A DNA stretch of 32,000 bases from Opitutales bacterium (GTDB lineage: Bacteria; Verrucomicrobiota; Verrucomicrobiia; Opitutales; Coraliomargaritaceae): the NCBI GenBank assembly GCA_049606355.1, contig JBMYVL010000002.1, positions 120,001-152,000 of the forward strand. Direction: 5' to 3'. Positions 27,595 to 32,000 of this stretch are shown here, one piece after another (the stretch's first letter is position 1; every line of letters starts with the position of its first letter). The position numbers were made by a program, and so were the translations under genes. The notes beneath the pieces are model-generated. The model was not told where the DNA came from and ran no database searches. It saw only the letters and a program-made list of their open reading frames with translations.

Positions 27595-27748
27595 GGTGTT
27601 AACGTGAGAGGTAGGAAGAAATCACTTGGAGTCAATTGAGGGAGCGCAACACAACCCATTTAGGGTAGCTTATGGCTGAGCTAGCATCATGCCAAACTTA
27701 CAAATTATTTAATAGGTCGTTTGGCGGAGCGTGACCCGAGCACGGCGC

Positions 27749-29092
27749 TCAATTCGTTTCGATTCCCGCCGAAAGCCAATTGGCGGCTAACTCAACGACT
27801 GTATCACGCGAAAACTCTCGTTCGGTACCGCACTTCAAATCGCGTACTTTAATCACACCTTTTTCCAGTTCTTCGGAACCGTAAATGAGTGCGAAGCGAG
27901 CGCCCTTTTGATTCGCTTCCTTAAATTGCTTCCCGAACGCTGTGGTCTTGAGTGGGTATTCCACGCGATAACCTGCCGCGCGTAACTTCGCAGCATCGGC
28001 AAGCGCCGCACTCCGCTCACTAGCCCCTCCAATGATCGCCACAAAGTCAGGCTTTGGTACGGATGCCGCAGCCAAAAGCCCATGAGCCTCAAGTAAGTCG
28101 GCGAGTGTTACATCGCCCATGGCAAAGCCTACAGCCGGAAGGTCCGGACCACCTAATTTGCTAACCAGCGAGTCGTAACGACCTCCACCGGCGAGTGCGC
28201 GACCATCACCGCTTGATTCAAATGCCTCAAACACGAAGCCAGTATAATAGGCCAAACCTCGAACGATACCGAGATCAATTTGGATGAACTGCGCCACGCC
28301 GCTGCTTTCGAGTAAACTCAACAACTCATCCCACTCAGCAATACGCCGTGTTGCCTGTTCTGCCAAACTCGATTCCAACGGAAGATTCAGGATTACATCA
28401 CGCAGCTCGGCAAAGTCTCGAATTTGCACGACTGCCTCAACCTTTGCCATAAATGCTTCAGCGCGGCCTCCAAGTAGTTCACTGAGACGTTCGATAGTTT
28501 TAGTGCGATCCGTGCGTTCCATTTTATCGATCACACCTAGAACAGTCATGGAGGCTGCTGTATCCAAACCTTCAGCTGCAAGCAGCAAGAGCCATAGGTC
28601 ACGATCACTGAGGCGGACCTTAAAATCCGAATCCGCTAAGCCAAATGCTTGTAGCGATTGCACCAAAAGAGCGATCAGTTCCGCATCCGCACCGGGTCCA
28701 GGCACCCCGAAAATATCGACATTAAACTGATAGAAGGCACGCAATCGGCCTTTCTGCGGGCGTTCATAGCGATACTGTTCACCGATATTGAACCATTTGA
28801 TCGGTCGCTTCAGACTATTTGCCTTCGCACCCACGAGCCGAGCCAAGGATGGTGTCAGTTCCGGACGGAGCGCAACGGCACGCCCGCCGCGGTCTTCGAA
28901 ATTAAACAGCTGGCCGACAATCTCCTCGCCGGATTTTTCAATATACAGCTCCAGCGGCTCTAAAACAGGAGCATCATATTCAAGGAAATTGAACGAACGG
29001 GCGACCTTGCGCCATACGTCAAAAATGTGGTTTCGTCGTACGCAGGCCTCGGGGTAAAATTCACGAAATCCGGGTAATGTATCAAACTGCAT
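27749..29092 (-). CDS. hisS: histidine--tRNA ligase
   Basis: 447 aa with a class II core (ALRPELTPSLARLV, FNVDIFG, LAGGGRYDSLV) and a C-terminal anticodon-binding domain (DFVAIIGG...ARFALIYGSEELEKGVIKVRDL). This argues for HisS rather than HisZ. Confidence 0.93.
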   Translation of the reverse strand: MQFDTLPGFREFYPEACVRRNHIFDVWRKVARSFNFLEYDAPVLEPLELYIEKSGEEIVGQLFNFEDRGGRAVALRPELTPSLARLVGAKANSLKRPIKWFNIGEQYRYERPQKGRLRAFYQFNVDIFGVPGPGADAELIALLVQSLQAFGLADSDFKVRLSDRDLWLLLLAAEGLDTAASMTVLGVIDKMERTDRTKTIERLSELLGGRAEAFMAKVEAVVQIRDFAELRDVILNLPLESSLAEQATRRIAEWDELLSLLESSGVAQFIQIDLGIVRGLAYYTGFVFEAFESSGDGRALAGGGRYDSLVSKLGGPDLPAVGFAMGDVTLADLLEAHGLLAAASVPKPDFVAIIGGASERSAALADAAKLRAAGYRVEYPLKTTAFGKQFKEANQKGARFALIYGSEELEKGVIKVRDLKCGTEREFSRDTVVELAANWLSAGIETN

Positions 29093-29165
29093 GCTGCTTC
29101 AGGTAGGCTACTGAAAGTCGGGTTCCGCTCCCCTGCCGACGTGACGCAGAGAGTAGAGCCGGCGC

Positions 29166-29483
29166 TTAAGAATTCTGCAATGCCTCAACATCCAGCTTCT
29201 TAAGCTCTGCTTTCAATTCCTTGCCCGCCTTGAACTTAATGACTGCGCGAGTCGGAATCACTACATCTGTTTCCGGCTTGTTGGGGTTGCGACCAATGCG
29301 CGACTTGCGGATTTGCACCTCAAAAACACCAAAATTGCGAAGTTCTACGTTTCTGCCCTGCCTTAAGGCATTCGCGATAGCATCCAGTGTTAACTGTACC
29401 GTTTCACGCACATCTTTCTGCGGAAAGTCGGTTTTGTCATAAATATCGAGTACGATATCGCGCTTGGTAAGGTTATTGGACAT
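29166..29483 (-). CDS. HU/IHF family DNA-binding protein
   Basis: 105 aa with the HU/IHF fold pattern: LTKRDIV...VQLTLDAIANAL..GRNVELRNFGVFEVQIRKSRIGRNPNKPETDVVIPTRAVIKFKAGKELK, including the conserved Pro-containing beta-arm. Confidence 0.88.
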   Translation of the reverse strand: MSNNLTKRDIVLDIYDKTDFPQKDVRETVQLTLDAIANALRQGRNVELRNFGVFEVQIRKSRIGRNPNKPETDVVIPTRAVIKFKAGKELKAELKKLDVEALQNS

Positions 29484-29504
29484 GCTCTGATTGTTCGGAT
29501 GAAC

Positions 29505-29533
29505 TTGCGGATTAATTTAGCAATAGATACTAT
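29505..29533 (+). promoter_or_regulatory. candidate sigma70-type promoter for the ClpX-like gene
   Basis: TTGCGG (29505-29510), a 17-nt spacer, then TACTAT (29528-29533), about 65 nt upstream of ATG 29599 in the divergent intergenic region. This is pattern match only. Confidence 0.25.
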
Positions 29534-29598
29534 GAAACAGGTAAAGGCGTCTTTTTGAGTGATACTTGCTAGGCGAATTTACTGTCAAACTAGAAAAG

Positions 29599-31203
29599 AT
29601 GAGTGAAAAAGATAAACCGGACCCGTTCGAGGAAATCCAGAGGAAGTTGAGCGAATTATTTAAGGACGCCGATGTCAAGGTTACCGCACAAGGATTTGAC
29701 GATTCTGCACCACGCTCAGGGGAAAGCGCCGAAGCAGGCGCGACCGAAACGACTGCATCCGAAGCAACTGATCACAGCATTTTGCAGGGAATTCGCCGTT
29801 TTCAACGCAAGCCAAAGGAAATACGCGACTACCTCAACCGCTTTGTCATCCGTCAAGATGCCGCCAAAAAGGTGCTCTCAGTAGCGATCTGCGACCACTA
29901 CAACCATGTTCGACAGAGTATTGAAGGGGTTGCCACTTCGACAACAGAGTACAGCAAACAAAACATTCTACTGCTCGGCCCGACCGGCGTCGGTAAGACC
30001 TACCTCATCCGAAATATTGCGCGCCTGATCGGAGTGCCCTTCGTGAAGGCAGATGCGACGAAATTTTCTGAAACCGGTTATGTCGGTTCCGACGTCGAAG
30101 ATCTCGTGCGTGATCTCGTTAAGGTCGCGGGCGGTAATGTAAAGCTCGCCGAGTATGGCATCATTTTTGTCGATGAGATCGATAAAATTGCCAACGAACC
30201 AGGCCTGGGGGGACGTGATGTATCCGGTCGTGGTGTGCAGATTAATTTACTCAAGCTGATGGAAGAGACGGAAGTGAATTTATTTAGTCCGACCGACATG
30301 ATGGCGCAGATGCAAGCCGTCATGGAGATGCAACGAGGCGGACAACCGAAACCCAAATCAATCAATACCCGCAATATACTTTTTATCGTCAGTGGTGCAT
30401 TTGATAAATTGGCAGAGTCCGTGAAGAAACGACTCACGAAGAGCGAAATGGGCTTTGGTGCCGCGGTACATGATGCCGAGGAGCAACCATCGCAATTCCT
30501 TAACCTAGCGGAAACACAGGACTTCATTAAGTATGGCTTTGAGCCTGAGTTTATTGGTCGAGTGCCCATTCGCATCGCCTGTGAATCACTCAGCGCTGAG
30601 GATCTAGCCCGCATTCTCACGACTTCCGAAGGAAGTATCCTCAATCAATATCGCGACGATTTCCTTGGCTACGGTATCGACTTCACAATTTCAGACGAAG
30701 CTATCCATGCAATTGCACAGGCTGCCAGTAAAGAAGGTACGGGTGCGCGTGGGTTGATGACAGTCCTCGAGCGTCTATTCCGTGAATTTAAATTCGAGCT
30801 ACCTTCAACTGCGATTAAGCGCTTCGCGGTCGACACAGAAACGGTAAACGCTCCGGAAAAGCAACTGGCCTCACTCATGGAGGAAAACGCTCACCTACAA
30901 GAAGATGTCTGGATTGCAGACATCAAACGTTTCGCCGCACGGTTTGAGGCACAACATGGATTTACGCTAGAGTTCAAACCACTTGCTGAGTTGGCTTTGA
31001 TCCATGAAGCGCAACAAAGCGACCGCACCATACAATCGCTCTGCGAGGAAAAATTTAAAGACTTTGAACACGGTCTAAGCATTATTAATCGCAACACTGG
31101 GCAAACGGTTTTCAAAATTGGTAAGTTAACCATCCTTGATCCCGATACGGAGCTTTCGCGTTGGGTCGTGCGCAGCATCAAGACGAATCAAAACGCTGAA
31201 TAG
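29599..31203 (+). CDS. ClpX-like AAA+ unfoldase lacking the N-terminal zinc-binding domain, with a C-terminal extension
   Basis: Walker [11 protein letters not shown], pore-1 loop [10 protein letters not shown], Walker [30 protein letters not shown], an IGF-loop-like SEMGFGAAV and sensor-2 GTGARGL align block by block with E. coli ClpX. The start is set at ATG 29599; the track start 29566 is TTG. Confidence 0.85.
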   Translation: MSEKDKPDPFEEIQRKLSELFKDADVKVTAQGFDDSAPRSGESAEAGATETTASEATDHSILQGIRRFQRKPKEIRDYLNRFVIRQDAAKKVLSVAICDHYNHVRQSIEGVATSTTEYSKQNILLLGPTGVGKTYLIRNIARLIGVPFVKADATKFSETGYVGSDVEDLVRDLVKVAGGNVKLAEYGIIFVDEIDKIANEPGLGGRDVSGRGVQINLLKLMEETEVNLFSPTDMMAQMQAVMEMQRGGQPKPKSINTRNILFIVSGAFDKLAESVKKRLTKSEMGFGAAVHDAEEQPSQFLNLAETQDFIKYGFEPEFIGRVPIRIACESLSAEDLARILTTSEGSILNQYRDDFLGYGIDFTISDEAIHAIAQAASKEGTGARGLMTVLERLFREFKFELPSTAIKRFAVDTETVNAPEKQLASLMEENAHLQEDVWIADIKRFAARFEAQHGFTLEFKPLAELALIHEAQQSDRTIQSLCEEKFKDFEHGLSIINRNTGQTVFKIGKLTILDPDTELSRWVVRSIKTNQNAE

Positions 31204-31279
31204 CTACAAATTGTATCGCACTGGACAGACTGCTGAACCATTCTCAGGATCTTAATGACTACTATCTAACGATTAAGCT

Positions 31280-31987
31280 GTGCCTAAAGGAAACGAAGTT
31301 AACACTATGTTCGCAGGTATTGCCGGGCGCTACGACGTTGCGAACCATCTACTGAGCGGGGGCATTGATTTTTATTGGCGAAGCCGTCTCGTCCAATTGG
31401 TAAAAGCGAAAGCGCCACAACGTGTCGTGGACCTCGCGACCGGCAGTGGTGATGTCGCATTCAAACTCCGCAGCCGTCTGGATCCGAAAGCATCGATTCA
31501 AGGCTTGGACTTCTGCGAACCGATGCTCGAGGAAGCGCGACTCAAACACGCGCGCAATAAGGCAGCCACCAATCTGGAGTTTTTACACGGTGATTGTATG
31601 GCGCTCCCCTTGCCCGATAACAGCGTGGATGTGGTGACTATCGCCTTTGGTGTACGCAACTTTGAGGATCGGCAGCAAGGATTGCGTGAAATTCACCGCA
31701 TCCTCAGGCCTGGCGGGCACTTATTTATACTGGAATTCTCCCAACCTGCTTCTTGGTTCCGCCCGATCTACTACGGCTACCTAAAATTCTTGCTGCCTTT
31801 CGTAGCTGCGATCGCCACGGGCGATAAAGGCGCCTATGACTATCTAGCTGGTAGCATTGAAAACTTCCCCACCCAAAATGCACTCAGCGAGCAAGTCTTA
31901 CTTGCAGGCTTCGACTGCGTCGAGTCTATGGGGCTCACGTTTTCCGTCGTCGCAATCCATACTGCGACGAAAGCAGCCAAGGATTAA
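31280..31987 (+). CDS. ubiE: demethylmenaquinone / ubiquinone biosynthesis C-methyltransferase
   Basis: Contains the UbiE/MenG N-terminal signature [27 protein letters not shown] motif [13 protein letters not shown], and [15 protein letters not shown]. The start is GTG. Confidence 0.9.
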   Translation: MPKGNEVNTMFAGIAGRYDVANHLLSGGIDFYWRSRLVQLVKAKAPQRVVDLATGSGDVAFKLRSRLDPKASIQGLDFCEPMLEEARLKHARNKAATNLEFLHGDCMALPLPDNSVDVVTIAFGVRNFEDRQQGLREIHRILRPGGHLFILEFSQPASWFRPIYYGYLKFLLPFVAAIATGDKGAYDYLAGSIENFPTQNALSEQVLLAGFDCVESMGLTFSVVAIHTATKAAKD

Positions 31988-32000
31988 TAACCGTGCTTTT

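Noticed and set aside
1-32000. A window-wide look for CRISPR repeats, tRNA/rRNA genes, IS elements or inverted terminal repeats, integrases, prophage genes and defence-type gene pairs.
   Set aside because: None was seen. Every gap between my gene calls is at most 206 bp (the largest is the cysE-fabD spacer), and all large ORFs have housekeeping or ordinary accessory identities. The scan was by eye, so short or degenerate elements could have been missed.

Overview
This is a gene-dense chromosomal core region. I call 27 protein-coding genes, covering about 93% of the window by my coordinates. I found no rRNA or tRNA, no CRISPR array, no transposase, integrase or phage genes, and no recognisable defence or toxin-antitoxin modules. 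Left to right the genes are: a partial CPA1 Na+/H+ antiporter (absent from the ORF track because it runs off the left edge), cysE, fabD, lepA-lepB, malQ, a small 4-TM protein, asd, a YkuD L,D-transpeptidase, a membrane-anchored W/DP helical-repeat protein, an RfaH-like NusG paralogue, M20 and M48 peptidases, purH, a rhodanese/YgaP-like protein, long-form purF, apaG overlapping a beta-CASP MBL nuclease, typA, coaD, an MFS transporter, a GH13_18-type sugar phosphorylase overlapping a GT4 glycosyltransferase, hisS, an HU/IHF protein, a ClpX-like ATPase without a zinc finger, and ubiE/menG. Long-form PurF, an insertion-bearing LepB, weak Shine-Dalgarno signals and the repeat protein suggest a PVC-superphylum (Verrucomicrobiota-like) source, but this is an unverified guess. 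On the hunt: this is ordinary housekeeping territory and I see no clear novel multi-gene system. Five things are most worth a second look. (1) A translationally coupled GT4 + GH13_18 phosphorylase pair, possibly a glycoside or compatible-solute make-and-recycle module. (2) An orphan RfaH-like gene followed about 40 nt later by an ops-like 12-mer. (3) apaG coupled by an ATGA overlap to a beta-CASP nuclease. (4) A ClpX paralogue lacking the zinc-binding domain and RKH loop but carrying a C-terminal extension. (5) Unusual packing: two convergent gene pairs share TTAA stop-on-stop overlaps, one divergent pair overlaps at its start codons, and there are terminator-like or alternative hairpins in leaders. 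All are hypotheses from reading the sequence; no database search was possible.
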